Positions 1-8,898 of a stretch of 64,000 nt of DNA are shown piece after piece. Origin of the DNA: a virus; IMG/VR virus record IMGVR_UViG_3300042445_000748, positions 1-64,000 of that record. One strand, given 5' to 3'. The notes under the pieces are model-generated. The model saw only the letters and a program-made list of their open reading frames with translations. It was not told where the DNA came from and did no database searches. Numbering within the stretch: the stretch's first letter is position 1; each line of letters opens with the position of its first letter. A program made the translations under genes and the position numbers.

Positions 1-13
1 CTCTATATCTTAA

Positions 14-616
14 TTATACCATGACCCTAGATATATATATATCTGAGTAGTTACAATAGCCAAGAGATAAGGCTACTACCTTCCATTGCCTATTGTTATT
101 TAAAAATTGATTGACTGCTTCAACACATGTGTACTCTTCTTGTTCAAACCATCCCCAAAACGTATAATCATTAATTCCAATAACTCCACCGTCTGCTAAT
201 AATTTAGAAGCCTGTTCTAAATAAAAATATACTGAATCATAATCGTGTTCAGCATCTATATAGATATAACTATATTTATCGTTTAATGTAAGTATGGTTT
301 CTTTAATATTACCCTTAATTGTTTTTATATTTTTTTCTTTTAATAAATCTTTTACATAATCTTCATGATTTTCTGCTGTCCATCTTTCATATCTAGCACA
401 TGGCTCATTAAAGAAATCCATTAAGTCTGATCTTTCAAAATTTTTATTATCTAATAACCACTTAGCATAGTCTCCGCCACCTACACCTAATTCTAAATAA
501 TTTCCTGAATCTGGAATTATTGGAAGAACGTCAAACCTGTCTGCAAAAATTTTTGCGTTATTTAATAGTTCTTGTGGAATATGGACAAACCTTGTATTTT
601 CTTCTCTATGCATCAT
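14..616 (-). CDS. class I SAM-dependent methyltransferase (Methyltransf_24-like)
   Basis: YLELGVGGG motif I; IYIDAEHDY and L..GGVIGINDY motifs. Confidence 0.8.
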   Translation of the reverse strand: MMHREENTRFVHIPQELLNNAKIFADRFDVLPIIPDSGNYLELGVGGGDYAKWLLDNKNFERSDLMDFFNEPCARYERWTAENHEDYVKDLLKEKNIKTIKGNIKETILTLNDKYSYIYIDAEHDYDSVYFYLEQASKLLADGGVIGINDYTFWGWFEQEEYTCVEAVNQFLNNNRQWKVVALSLGYCNYSDIYISRVMV

Positions 617-621
617 AATTC

Positions 622-643
622 ATTATAGCATGTGTGATATAAT
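622..643. promoter_or_regulatory. back-to-back extended -10 promoters (TGCTATAAT on minus, TGATATAAT on plus)
   Basis: attatagca at 622-630 and tgatataat at 635-643, between divergent genes. Confidence 0.65.
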
Positions 644-697
644 TGTGTTGTCTGCTCTTAGGAGAGACAAAAATAACTCGCTGAAAAGGAGAAATAA

Positions 698-1111
698 ATG
701 GTAACATCTATGTTGGATCTTTTTCAAGATCCTTTTTTTGTTGGCTTTAACCGTGAGTTAGAGCGTTTCAAAAAGGTACAAACAAACAGCACAGGATATC
801 CACCATATGATCTAATCAAAATTGACGAAGATACATATGAGGTAGATATTGCCCTTGCTGGCTTTGCCAAGGATGATATTGAAGTAACTGTGGATAACGG
901 TTCTCTTATCATTAAGGGTGAAAAGAAAGCCAGTACGGATGATTCTAATACTATACACAAAGGAATCAGTTCTCGTAAATTTACCCGCATTTTTGCGTTG
1001 GGTGAATATATGGAAGTAACTAATGCTGAATTGGTTGATGGACTATTGACTGTCAAGATTGAAAGAATCGTGCCAGAAGATAAAAAACCTAAACAAATTC
1101 AGTTAAAATAG
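698..1111 (+). CDS. hsp20: small heat shock protein Hsp20 (IbpA-like)
   Basis: YPPYDL, IALAGF, HKGISSRKFTRIF, A.LVDGLLTV alpha-crystallin motifs; AAGGAG SD upstream. Confidence 0.95.
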   Translation: MVTSMLDLFQDPFFVGFNRELERFKKVQTNSTGYPPYDLIKIDEDTYEVDIALAGFAKDDIEVTVDNGSLIIKGEKKASTDDSNTIHKGISSRKFTRIFALGEYMEVTNAELVDGLLTVKIERIVPEDKKPKQIQLK

Positions 1112-1133
1112 ACTCATAGTTATTTAATATTAA

Positions 1134-2069
1134 CTAGAGGGACCTGAGCATGTCTGTAAACTGCTCTTTTAATATTTTAACTATCTCATACCCATCTGTT
1201 ATTTTTGGTAAATTAATTCTATCAAACTTGAGATTATATGATTCAGCCATCTGTTTAAATATTTCTGTTAAATGAGATTCTGTGTCTGGATTTATTTCAA
1301 CAACAACCGTGCCCTCTTTAGCAAAAATAAGATTGGTAAATCCAGCACCACTTGGACCTATAATTTTTTTTGCATTTCCAAAAATTTGCATCTGATCAAA
1401 AAAAGATATATCGTTTAAATCAAGCACCACATAACCAATATCTTTAAAATATTGTTCAAGGACATCTACATTTAATATTTCTCTATTAGGGTTTATAAAA
1501 TCTTTAACAGTTTTTCTTGTTATGTATATATTATCATATCTACTCTCATCTTTTATAAAATTAGCAAAATGGTTTTTTAATATTTTTAATATTTCTTTAT
1601 ATTGATCTGAGTTATCTCTTAGATATGCTTTACTGGTTATATCATATACATTGTTAAATAATATATTACATTCATTTAAATTAAATAAATACTTACTGGT
1701 ATCGATGCCTATGTAGGAAAAAGCATCACTAATTCTATTGTTAGTTGGCATCTTAAATTCATAGTCATCAAATTCTCTAAACATGTATAGTTTTAAATCT
1801 GGAACAAATTGCTTTATATAAAGATATATGCCTATTTCATCAAACATCATGTGAAAATAATTTTTCGTAAAGGTTGATATATATACTGGATCTGATACTA
1901 CATTAATATCAGTATTGTTGTTTACATAATTTATATGAACATTTGATATTTTTTGAATGTTTAGCCCTATACTAGTATTCTTAAAATTTAACTCAATTGG
2001 ACTTATTGATGTTTCACAATTTTGAACATTGTCCTTAAACCATTCAGATACATTTATTTTCCAAGACAT
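1134..2069 (-). CDS. glycosyltransferase family 61 (DUF563)-like protein
   Basis: NYFHMMFD, IYITR, REILN, SFFDQMQIF..AKKIIGPSGAGFTNLIFA..GTVVVEI; start moved to the ATG at 2069, 6 nt after a TATAAT. Confidence 0.8.
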   Translation of the reverse strand: MSWKINVSEWFKDNVQNCETSISPIELNFKNTSIGLNIQKISNVHINYVNNNTDINVVSDPVYISTFTKNYFHMMFDEIGIYLYIKQFVPDLKLYMFREFDDYEFKMPTNNRISDAFSYIGIDTSKYLFNLNECNILFNNVYDITSKAYLRDNSDQYKEILKILKNHFANFIKDESRYDNIYITRKTVKDFINPNREILNVDVLEQYFKDIGYVVLDLNDISFFDQMQIFGNAKKIIGPSGAGFTNLIFAKEGTVVVEINPDTESHLTEIFKQMAESYNLKFDRINLPKITDGYEIVKILKEQFTDMLRSL

Positions 2070-2086
2070 ATTTATATTATACAGTA

Positions 2087-2115
2087 TTGACATAATCTTG
2101 CTATACTGCTATACT
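2087..2115 (+). promoter_or_regulatory. sigma70/SigA-type promoter TTGACA-17-TATACT
   Basis: TTGACA 2087-2092, 17-nt spacer, TGcTATACT ending at 2115, ATG at 2122. Confidence 0.75.
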
Positions 2116-2121
2116 AGTTGT

Positions 2122-2331
2122 ATGCCTACCCCAAATGATGTTCTTTATCCCTTTGAAGAATTTGTAAAAAATAAAAATAAAACCCTTAGAGGCTATATTT
2201 ATGATTATTTTAGTAAAGAATGGTATTATCAATGCCCATCTTGTTTTACAGATATGTACGCTCCTACTAAAAAAACTATCAGAAAGACAACAAAACATCA
2301 TTATAAAGAAATTTGTGGTGGTGGTTGGTAG
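2122..2331 (+). CDS. small zinc-finger-like protein
   Basis: CPSC...HHYKEIC; the ATG at 2122 follows the promoter and avoids overlap with the upstream gene. Confidence 0.6.
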   Translation: MPTPNDVLYPFEEFVKNKNKTLRGYIYDYFSKEWYYQCPSCFTDMYAPTKKTIRKTTKHHYKEICGGGW

Positions 2332-2819
2332 TGGCTAAACAGTGTGGTACATGTACAAAATGTTGTGACGGAACGCTATATGGAGATGTAAATGGTCACA
2401 TAATGGGAAATGGCAAGCCATGTATATTCTTAGATGTAGTTAATAAAAAATGTGGTGCATATGAAAAAAGACCAACAGATCCATGCAAAACATATAAGTG
2501 TATGTGGCTTAAGTATGAAGATGTTCCACTGTGGTTAAAGCCAGAAAACTCTCCAGTAATGGTCAGTGCGTTGAGTTATCAAGAAAATGAGTTTTTAATT
2601 TTAAATTGTTTTGGTAAAGACTACCCAATAATGTATTTAAATTATGTAAAAAACTATTGTACAAAAAATAATATTAACTTGATGTACGAGATACCTGGAA
2701 TGAACAATATGAAATTTATTGGCAATATAAAGGCTTGGAACGAAATAATATTTAACTCACCAATATTAGGTCATAACTTTATTCAGTTTACACATGGACC
2801 AATAGAGCAATTAATATAA
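2331..2819 (+). CDS. YkgJ/CxxCxxCC zinc- or iron-chelating domain protein
   Basis: CGTCTKCC...PCIFL...CGAYEKRP..PCKTYKC; GTG start overlaps the upstream TAG. Confidence 0.75.
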   Translation: MAKQCGTCTKCCDGTLYGDVNGHIMGNGKPCIFLDVVNKKCGAYEKRPTDPCKTYKCMWLKYEDVPLWLKPENSPVMVSALSYQENEFLILNCFGKDYPIMYLNYVKNYCTKNNINLMYEIPGMNNMKFIGNIKAWNEIIFNSPILGHNFIQFTHGPIEQLI

Positions 2820-3392
2820 CTTGTAAAGTGCTGGTGCCTTAGATTCATTAGTAGTAAAGCAATATCCTATTACATATCTTGTTCCAGATGTAACTATGTT
2901 TACACCATGTGAATATTCTGTCTCTGTTGCTGGATAAATTAATGCAGATCCAGTTTTTGGTGGCACTATCACTGCCTCATCATTTAAAAATGGAAATACA
3001 ATCTCTCCACCAGTAAAGTCTTCATTAAAATATACTACTGCACTCAAGATACAATCACTACACTCATCATTGATCCAATCAGTATGTACAAGCATTGATC
3101 CACCTGTTGTATATTTTAACAAGTGCATGGTATGAATCCAAACTTTTTTATTTTTATCAATGTCTTCTGGACAAAAATCTAGATATGTTTGATATGCCTT
3201 ATCTGCATATTTTTTTGCTAACTTTACAGATTTTGGATCAACTGGATTATGTCTTCTAACGTGTCCGTGACCTTCTTTGTGAAGCATGTGTTTAAATTTA
3301 GGATCATCTATAATATCAATACCTAAACTTAAATCAAAGTCTTCTACAAAATTATCAATAGCCAACATTTTTTTATTTTTTGTATAATTCAT
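2811..3392 (-). CDS. 2OG-Fe(II) oxygenase (prolyl 4-hydroxylase-like)
   Basis: HTD...YFNEDFTGGEIVF...HGVNIVTSGTRY. Confidence 0.9.
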   Translation of the reverse strand: MNYTKNKKMLAIDNFVEDFDLSLGIDIIDDPKFKHMLHKEGHGHVRRHNPVDPKSVKLAKKYADKAYQTYLDFCPEDIDKNKKVWIHTMHLLKYTTGGSMLVHTDWINDECSDCILSAVVYFNEDFTGGEIVFPFLNDEAVIVPPKTGSALIYPATETEYSHGVNIVTSGTRYVIGYCFTTNESKAPALYKLY

Positions 3393-4078
3393 TGTTTAGT
3401 CCAAAACATAGAAAGTGTTTTCCTGACCCCACTAGTCATCATCTCTACTCCATGTATATTGTTAGAATCTCCCTTTAGATTAATTGACATCTTGGGTTTT
3501 GGTTTAATTATTAAATTGTTATGTTCTGGAAAATATAAGTCTCCTCCAGAAAAATCATCATTAAGATAGATTATTGTTGCAAAATGTTTGGTGTGAAAAT
3601 CTTTTTCAAATACATCTAAGTAAGACTTGGTCATTTCATGTTTGTTTAGTGCATCGTGATCGTTATCTTCTTCACTTTCAATATAGTCTATATGTGGTCT
3701 TTGTTCTCTTCCAACCCTCCACCTATTTAATGTATAATCTTCTCTCATTACTTTAAAACCAAATCTTTCTTGTATATGCTTTTTTGATTTATTAGATATG
3801 TCATCAAAAAAATCTACATCTATATTATTTTTTCTCATACGACTATAGTGATGTAAACATTTTCTATTTAGATTTATAGACATGCCCTTCCAACCAATTA
3901 TTCCTTGCCAATAATTTTTATCAACTTCGTGCTCTTTTGGATATATATAGTTAAATTCGTCTTCCCAGTAATCTTCTGTAATGCTATCATATTGATTTAA
4001 TACATACTTTAATTCATCATCTGATAGAAAATCATCTATCATCCTATATTCTGGGCTAAAACTATCTTTGATATTCAT
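3389..4078 (-). CDS. 2OG-Fe(II) oxygenase (P4H-like)
   Basis: HID...YLNDDFSGGDLYF...HGVEMMTSGVRK. Confidence 0.9.
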   Translation of the reverse strand: MNIKDSFSPEYRMIDDFLSDDELKYVLNQYDSITEDYWEDEFNYIYPKEHEVDKNYWQGIIGWKGMSINLNRKCLHHYSRMRKNNIDVDFFDDISNKSKKHIQERFGFKVMREDYTLNRWRVGREQRPHIDYIESEEDNDHDALNKHEMTKSYLDVFEKDFHTKHFATIIYLNDDFSGGDLYFPEHNNLIIKPKPKMSINLKGDSNNIHGVEMMTSGVRKTLSMFWTKQ

Positions 4079-4112
4079 TTGCTCGCTTATCTTTTAAACT
4101 GTTTATCCTTTA

Positions 4113-4143
4113 ATTATAGCATATTGACCTTAAATGGTATAAT
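4113..4143. promoter_or_regulatory. divergent extended -10 promoters
   Basis: TGCTATAAT (minus, 4113-4121) and TGGTATAAT (plus, 4135-4143, 6 nt before ATG 4150). Confidence 0.65.
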
Positions 4144-4149
4144 TAATGC

Positions 4150-4785
4150 ATGGACTACAATAAATATATTTTTGAATATAACAAAATAGGAATTGGCCTA
4201 CATGGGGTAAAAATAGTAGATAATTTTTTAGATGAAGACACTACAGGTTATTTGTCTAAATGGCTAGATGGGGATATTAGGACTAGCGGAATATATAGAA
4301 GCGAAATAGATGATGAAAAAATATTAAAAATATTAGAAGAACAAGAAGAAAGAATATATAAAGAAGTTTATGATCATTATACAGTTAACTATGATGTAAT
4401 TTTTAAAGAAAGGCCAATAGGCAGAACTCATTTATTAAAATGGAACTTACAAGATGGTGACGTTATGCCAGTACATACTGATTGCGAGACTCCAGATGGT
4501 GAACCAGTTTTAGAAAATGAATACTACAGATATAATTTATCTGCAATATGCTATCTTAATAAAGATTTTGTGGGTGCAGAATTAATATTTCCTGAAATTG
4601 ATTTGACTATAGTGCCAGAACCTGGCAAACTAGTCCTATTTCCTAGCAGATACAAACATGGAGTTTTAAATATGGAATCAGGAAAAAGGTATACTATGCC
4701 AACCTGGTTTACATTTGATATTGGAGAAGAAATACCAAAAGAAGAATTAAGATTTACCTATGATGCCTATAAGTTATTGTTTTAA
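4150..4785 (+). CDS. 2OG-Fe(II) oxygenase (P4H-like)
   Basis: HTD...YLNKDFVGAELIF...HGVLNMESGKRY. Confidence 0.9.
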   Translation: MDYNKYIFEYNKIGIGLHGVKIVDNFLDEDTTGYLSKWLDGDIRTSGIYRSEIDDEKILKILEEQEERIYKEVYDHYTVNYDVIFKERPIGRTHLLKWNLQDGDVMPVHTDCETPDGEPVLENEYYRYNLSAICYLNKDFVGAELIFPEIDLTIVPEPGKLVLFPSRYKHGVLNMESGKRYTMPTWFTFDIGEEIPKEELRFTYDAYKLLF

Positions 4786-4787
4786 TA

Positions 4788-5444
4788 TTAGATAGAATTG
4801 TCAAAATCTTTAAACTTTGTCCACAATGCTGCAGTATATCTAGTGTTGCCAACAACCTCTTTAACTCCATGCAAATAGTGAGTGTTGCCTGGAAATACTG
4901 CTAACATTCCTGGCTTTGGCTTAATCTCAATATTAAAATCTGGAAAGAATAACTCTCCACCATCAAAATCATCGTTTAAATAAAGTATGGTTGATAAATG
5001 TCCAGTCCAAAAATACGGATAATATTTTTCAATAACAGAAAATTCATTTTTTTCATCATGCTTGGGTTCCCAACCTATGACATCTGTATGTGGATTTATG
5101 TAAGTTCCATTTGGATGAAACGTATATTGCAACGATCTGTCAACAACTTGTTTCATATTATAAAAACTTTCAGCATTTTCTGCAATTTTAGGCATTAAAT
5201 AGAGTGCAAAATTACGCAATTTTTCATTATCAATTTGACCAAATGCTAAAGTTTTTCCATGAACATGATGAGTTTCATATTCAGGTTCGTGTTTTTTGCA
5301 TTCTTCTAATATTTCAGACACTTCTTCTTTGGTTATAAAGTCTTCAAACAAACCTATATTTTTAGGATCAATACCAATTTTTTGTGTTATATTATCTATT
5401 TTCTTTACTTGAGGTCTAACATATAGTTCATTTATCTTATACAA
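4788..5444 (-). CDS. 2OG-Fe(II) oxygenase (P4H-like)
   Basis: HTD...YLNDDFDGGELFF...HGVKEVVGNTRY. Confidence 0.9.
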   Translation of the reverse strand: MYKINELYVRPQVKKIDNITQKIGIDPKNIGLFEDFITKEEVSEILEECKKHEPEYETHHVHGKTLAFGQIDNEKLRNFALYLMPKIAENAESFYNMKQVVDRSLQYTFHPNGTYINPHTDVIGWEPKHDEKNEFSVIEKYYPYFWTGHLSTILYLNDDFDGGELFFPDFNIEIKPKPGMLAVFPGNTHYLHGVKEVVGNTRYTAALWTKFKDFDNSI

Positions 5445-5446
5445 GA

Positions 5447-5599
5447 CTAATCCTCTTTTTCATGATTAGCCACATATCTTGAAAATTTTTCTTTAATTGT
5501 TCCATCTTTTCTGACACGAACGATCCAACCATCTTTTATTTGAATTTGGTTGTGTGCGTATTTTTTCTTTCTATTTTTTCTTAACCTGTTATTGCTCAT
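5447..5599 (-). CDS. small basic hypothetical protein (50 aa, not in ORF track)
   Basis: Manual translation MSNNRLRKNRKKKYAHNQIQIKDGWIVRVRKDGTIKEKFSRYVANHEKED; packs tightly between neighbours. Confidence 0.65.
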   Translation of the reverse strand: MSNNRLRKNRKKKYAHNQIQIKDGWIVRVRKDGTIKEKFSRYVANHEKED

Positions 5600-5693
5600 T
5601 GATTTTTTTTCCTTGATAGGATCTGCCCCAAAAAAATGAGGATATCATTAATAAACCAATAACCAATGAATGCCAAAAATAAAATGTGTTCAT
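5589..5693 (-). CDS. small membrane peptide (34 aa, not in ORF track)
   Basis: MNTFYFWHSLVIGLLMISSFFWGRSYQGKKINEQ; one hydrophobic segment; overlaps the next start. Confidence 0.5.
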   Translation of the reverse strand: MNTFYFWHSLVIGLLMISSFFWGRSYQGKKINEQ

Positions 5694-5744
5694 TTATCCA
5701 TGTCGCCTTCTTTTATCATATAGTTATTGTACCATTATAATTAA

Positions 5745-5776
5745 GAGACAGGCAGTTAATTAAAACCACCTGTCTC
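5745..5776 (-). terminator. putative intrinsic terminator hairpin
   Basis: GAGACAGG...CCTGTCTC inverted repeat just after the holin-like gene. Confidence 0.5.
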
Positions 5777-5789
5777 AAATTACACCTGT

Positions 5790-6032
5790 TTACTTTTTAG
5801 CAGGTTTTTTTGCAGACTTTGCTGCTTTTTCAATTTCTGCTACATCTGGAAGTCTTCCAAATGCTGTATCGCTTGGATTAATTGCACGTAATGCTACTGG
5901 GGCAATCGCTGCCAATAGAGCATATGCTAGATCTTTTGGATCTGTTACGCCTGTCATGTACAACGCTAGTCCAGCACCTAGGACAGAGCGTCCGTATGAT
6001 GCAAGAGCAGCCTTTAATTGTTCTTTATTCAT
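5790..6032 (-). CDS. putative holin-like membrane protein
   Basis: two hydrophobic helices, basic C-terminal tail; AAGGAG SD before MNKEQ. Confidence 0.55.
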   Translation of the reverse strand: MNKEQLKAALASYGRSVLGAGLALYMTGVTDPKDLAYALLAAIAPVALRAINPSDTAFGRLPDVAEIEKAAKSAKKPAKK

Positions 6033-6074
6033 TTTTATTTCTCCTTTTTCTTTGAGCATTTAATATGCCCAAAC

Positions 6075-6797
6075 CTATGAGTAATTTTTCTTGGACCAAA
6101 AGTTTTTTTTGTATCCATTTTCCATTACTTTTTTAATACCGTAAGACATTCTTTTAAATTGTTTATCATTATATTCTAATCCCTGAGAAATCCAATCTTC
6201 TCTTTTGATAAATATCATTTGATATATTGGAGTTCCAGCAGGTATCAAACCTTCAAACCCTTTCTTTACCATAAAAGGTATTGGCCCATTAACTGACCAT
6301 TTGTCTGTGTCTATAATACCATTCATTGTTAAGAATGGTAGATCTAATCTGTTTGCTGGATGAAAGTATAATGTGCTATACCCCGCTGGAGTCTGAGGTT
6401 CCCACTGAGTTATCCAATGAAATTCGTTAGTATAGTAGCCATCAAAGTTAGGAAACACTCTTCTAGAATCAGTGTCTTGTGCTCTTGTAGACAATGGTTT
6501 AATTGGACCAGCCCACTTATAAGTTATAATATCATTACCTGTATTTGGATCAATACCAAGATTAGTTATCTCTACATCACATATTAATTCTTGCGTATAC
6601 CCTGAAGTTAATGCATCTAAAAATGGTGGACATTTCTTTGCTGTACCGTCGTCCCTATTACCTCTTAAAGTTGGTTGAAGAGTAGGCATATCCTTAAACC
6701 ATTTTGGCAAATAGTTTTTTGCAGACTGTGGTCTTGGGGTCATAAACTCTACATCCTGGCTAGATGGAATAAAGTTTACCTCTTGACTATTGGTCAT
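6075..6797 (-). CDS. conserved phage protein, dUTPase-fold-like (DUF6065-related), paralog 1
   Basis: PKWFK, KKCPPFLDALTSGY, TPAGYS, GIIDTD, IPAGTPIYQMI. Confidence 0.55.
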   Translation of the reverse strand: MTNSQEVNFIPSSQDVEFMTPRPQSAKNYLPKWFKDMPTLQPTLRGNRDDGTAKKCPPFLDALTSGYTQELICDVEITNLGIDPNTGNDIITYKWAGPIKPLSTRAQDTDSRRVFPNFDGYYTNEFHWITQWEPQTPAGYSTLYFHPANRLDLPFLTMNGIIDTDKWSVNGPIPFMVKKGFEGLIPAGTPIYQMIFIKREDWISQGLEYNDKQFKRMSYGIKKVMENGYKKNFWSKKNYS

Positions 6798-6961
6798 GAT
6801 AAAAACATTTTCCTTTTTAATTGATCCATATGAATATCACATAAATTCAACTCTCGTGGATTATTATTGAATATTTGTGTTGCCTCTTCCTTGCATGAAT
6901 ATTCTTCACACACTCTAAAAGCATTCCACGCTACCTCTGTTTGGTCTTTAAGCCTTATCAA
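6794..6961 (-). CDS. small zinc-binding protein (55 aa, not in ORF track)
   Basis: TTG start; CEEYSC...LCDIH; ATGA overlap with the downstream gene. Confidence 0.55.
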   Translation of the reverse strand: MIRLKDQTEVAWNAFRVCEEYSCKEEATQIFNNNPRELNLCDIHMDQLKRKMFLS

Positions 6962-7391
6962 GATCCACCTCCTCTGGAATTAACTTTTTTAATTCATGAA
7001 ATGATTTAGACACAACTTGCATTTGGTTTCTAGTGTCAGTATCAAAAATAGCACCATACTTATCATGAAATTCTACAATTGGACCTAAGTCTGTTACTAC
7101 ATTACTAAGAGTTTTTTGTACATTTTCTATATATTCAAAAGCAGACTCTCTCGATTGATTAAGAAAGTTTATAAACCCTTCTTGAACATCTGTCTTTACA
7201 GACTCTTCATTATCCTTGTTCTTTAACTTATCAAGTAAAAAAGCATTTGTCGTAGTTGAATCTATTTGCATTTGAAATATTTTATTTAAAGCATCAGTAT
7301 GTTGAAATTTTAACCATAAGTTTTTTAGTATAGTAACTATAGACAATGCTGTAGTAAATATTAATAAAAGCATTAACCAACTATCTTGCAT
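6948..7391 (-). CDS. hypothetical protein with N-terminal TM helix
   Basis: hydrophobic N-terminus, helical remainder. Confidence 0.6.
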   Translation of the reverse strand: MQDSWLMLLLIFTTALSIVTILKNLWLKFQHTDALNKIFQMQIDSTTTNAFLLDKLKNKDNEESVKTDVQEGFINFLNQSRESAFEYIENVQKTLSNVVTDLGPIVEFHDKYGAIFDTDTRNQMQVVSKSFHELKKLIPEEVDLDKA

Positions 7392-7620
7392 CTTTTATAG
7401 CCTCTCTTGTCAATAAAACAATAGCACCATTTTGCTCTAGTGCTTTTTTAACTTTAATTATATACTCAACTGCTGCTATCTTTCCATCATGATCTAATCT
7501 GGCTAAAGTTTTAGGATCTAGTTTAACAGACAAAAAGTTATCATTATCTATAATCTGCACACCAAAGTTTTTAGGTGCAGTAATAGAACGAAAAGCCCTT
7601 TTCATACTGTCAGTATACAT
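7381..7620 (-). CDS. hypothetical protein
   Basis: ORF in operon; TGATATAAT upstream at 7636-7644. Confidence 0.6.
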   Translation of the reverse strand: MYTDSMKRAFRSITAPKNFGVQIIDNDNFLSVKLDPKTLARLDHDGKIAAVEYIIKVKKALEQNGAIVLLTREAIKDAR

Positions 7621-7651
7621 TTTTAGTCCTATAACATTATATCAGAGGTCG

Positions 7652-7942
7652 CTATTTACTCATACCCATTGTTAGGGTTTGCCAAATATTTGCCCAAATT
7701 GGTTTTGTTTTGTGGTTATTAAACTCTCTAGATATTTCTCCTTGCTCAAGATAAATACCGCCCCAAACTCCCCACTCCTTCTGAGTAATGCCAACAGAAA
7801 AGCATTCTTTCATGACAGGGCACTCTGAGCATAGTTTATCTATCGCTGGTCGAAGCATTAAATCATTTTCATACTTTTCAAAAAAAATATTAGTGTCATA
7901 CTTATAACACAATGCCTTATTTTTCCATTCATATTTTTTCAT
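7652..7942 (-). CDS. whiB: WhiB family Fe-S transcription factor
   Basis: W...ALC...DTNIFF...C..CPV..EC...EWGVWGG. Confidence 0.92.
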   Translation of the reverse strand: MKKYEWKNKALCYKYDTNIFFEKYENDLMLRPAIDKLCSECPVMKECFSVGITQKEWGVWGGIYLEQGEISREFNNHKTKPIWANIWQTLTMGMSK

Positions 7943-7943
7943 A

Positions 7944-8153
7944 TTAATCTACATATTTAGTTGGAATATTCCAACCATCTCGTGATGGCGAAAATATTTT
8001 TTTAATATACCATAATCCATTTACAAAAGCACCAGTAGTAGATAGACGCCCCTTGTCTGACTGTGTCATTTCTACTACGTCCCAACCATCCCAAGATAGT
8101 TTTTTATTATCTAAAACAATTGATTCCATAGTTTCTAGTTTATCAATTATCAT
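7944..8153 (-). CDS. hypothetical protein
   Basis: ORF in tight operon (LSWDGWDVV). Confidence 0.6.
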   Translation of the reverse strand: MIIDKLETMESIVLDNKKLSWDGWDVVEMTQSDKGRLSTTGAFVNGLWYIKKIFSPSRDGWNIPTKYVD

Positions 8154-8533
8154 TTTTTTCCACCGCTATCAATTGCTTCAAATCCGTCTTCTCTATCAAA
8201 CAAGACCCAATCCATTGACTCTATTTGCATTTCTCTATTTATATGTTCAAGAACGATATCTTTATCTAGTTCTCCACATGTATATAAATCAAATTGCAAC
8301 ATTGCAGGATCTTTCTCATCCCAAATATGAAAAGCAATATGGGATGTTTCAATCATTACTATTGCGGTTAAACCACGATTTCCTTCTGCTTCAACATAAG
8401 AAGCAAATGGTCCCTTGATAATCTTCATCTGTATTGCATAAACTAATCTTGTTAAAAATCCAACTCCATCTTCTGGAGTCTTTAATGGATTCTTTACTTT
8501 AGCATTAATTAATATGTGTTTGTGTTGTAACAT
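8150..8533 (-). CDS. speD: S-adenosylmethionine decarboxylase proenzyme (class 1b-like)
   Basis: H.LI, GLTAIVMIETSHIAFHIW.E, FDLYTCG pyruvoyl-enzyme motifs. Confidence 0.85.
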   Translation of the reverse strand: MLQHKHILINAKVKNPLKTPEDGVGFLTRLVYAIQMKIIKGPFASYVEAEGNRGLTAIVMIETSHIAFHIWDEKDPAMLQFDLYTCGELDKDIVLEHINREMQIESMDWVLFDREDGFEAIDSGGKK

Positions 8534-8545
8534 TGTTTTCTTTCT

Positions 8546-8896
8546 CTAGTAGCGAAATATTCCAACTTCAACGTTGTGAAGTTCTGCTTCTGCAACTAAT
8601 GCAGAAGGTTGATCCTGTGGTGTACTTAAATAAGCAAAGTACCCAATTGAATCAAAATTTTCTTTTAGCCAAGTAGGTGCAACTTTAAAGAATTTAATCT
8701 TTTTGCCTCTTGCTCTTAATCCTCTTTCAGATAAATTTGAAAACTCTGAAACCATAGAATTAACTTTTGCAGGACCTGCTGAATAAATATGAAACTTATC
8801 ATCATCTTCTGGCAGAGAAGCCATTGCTACCCCCATAGCCCTAATGAATACGCTATAGTCGTCAAAACCTTTACTGCCCTGAACTGCAACTATCAT
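8546..8896 (-). CDS. SLOG/YspA-like protein
   Basis: IVAVQGSKGFDDY N-terminus, small Rossmannoid pattern. Confidence 0.45.
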   Translation of the reverse strand: MIVAVQGSKGFDDYSVFIRAMGVAMASLPEDDDKFHIYSAGPAKVNSMVSEFSNLSERGLRARGKKIKFFKVAPTWLKENFDSIGYFAYLSTPQDQPSALVAEAELHNVEVGIFRY

Positions 8897-8898
8897 GC

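Noticed and set aside
724-1056. 110-aa minus-strand ORF
   Set aside because: Fully antisense to the well-supported hsp20
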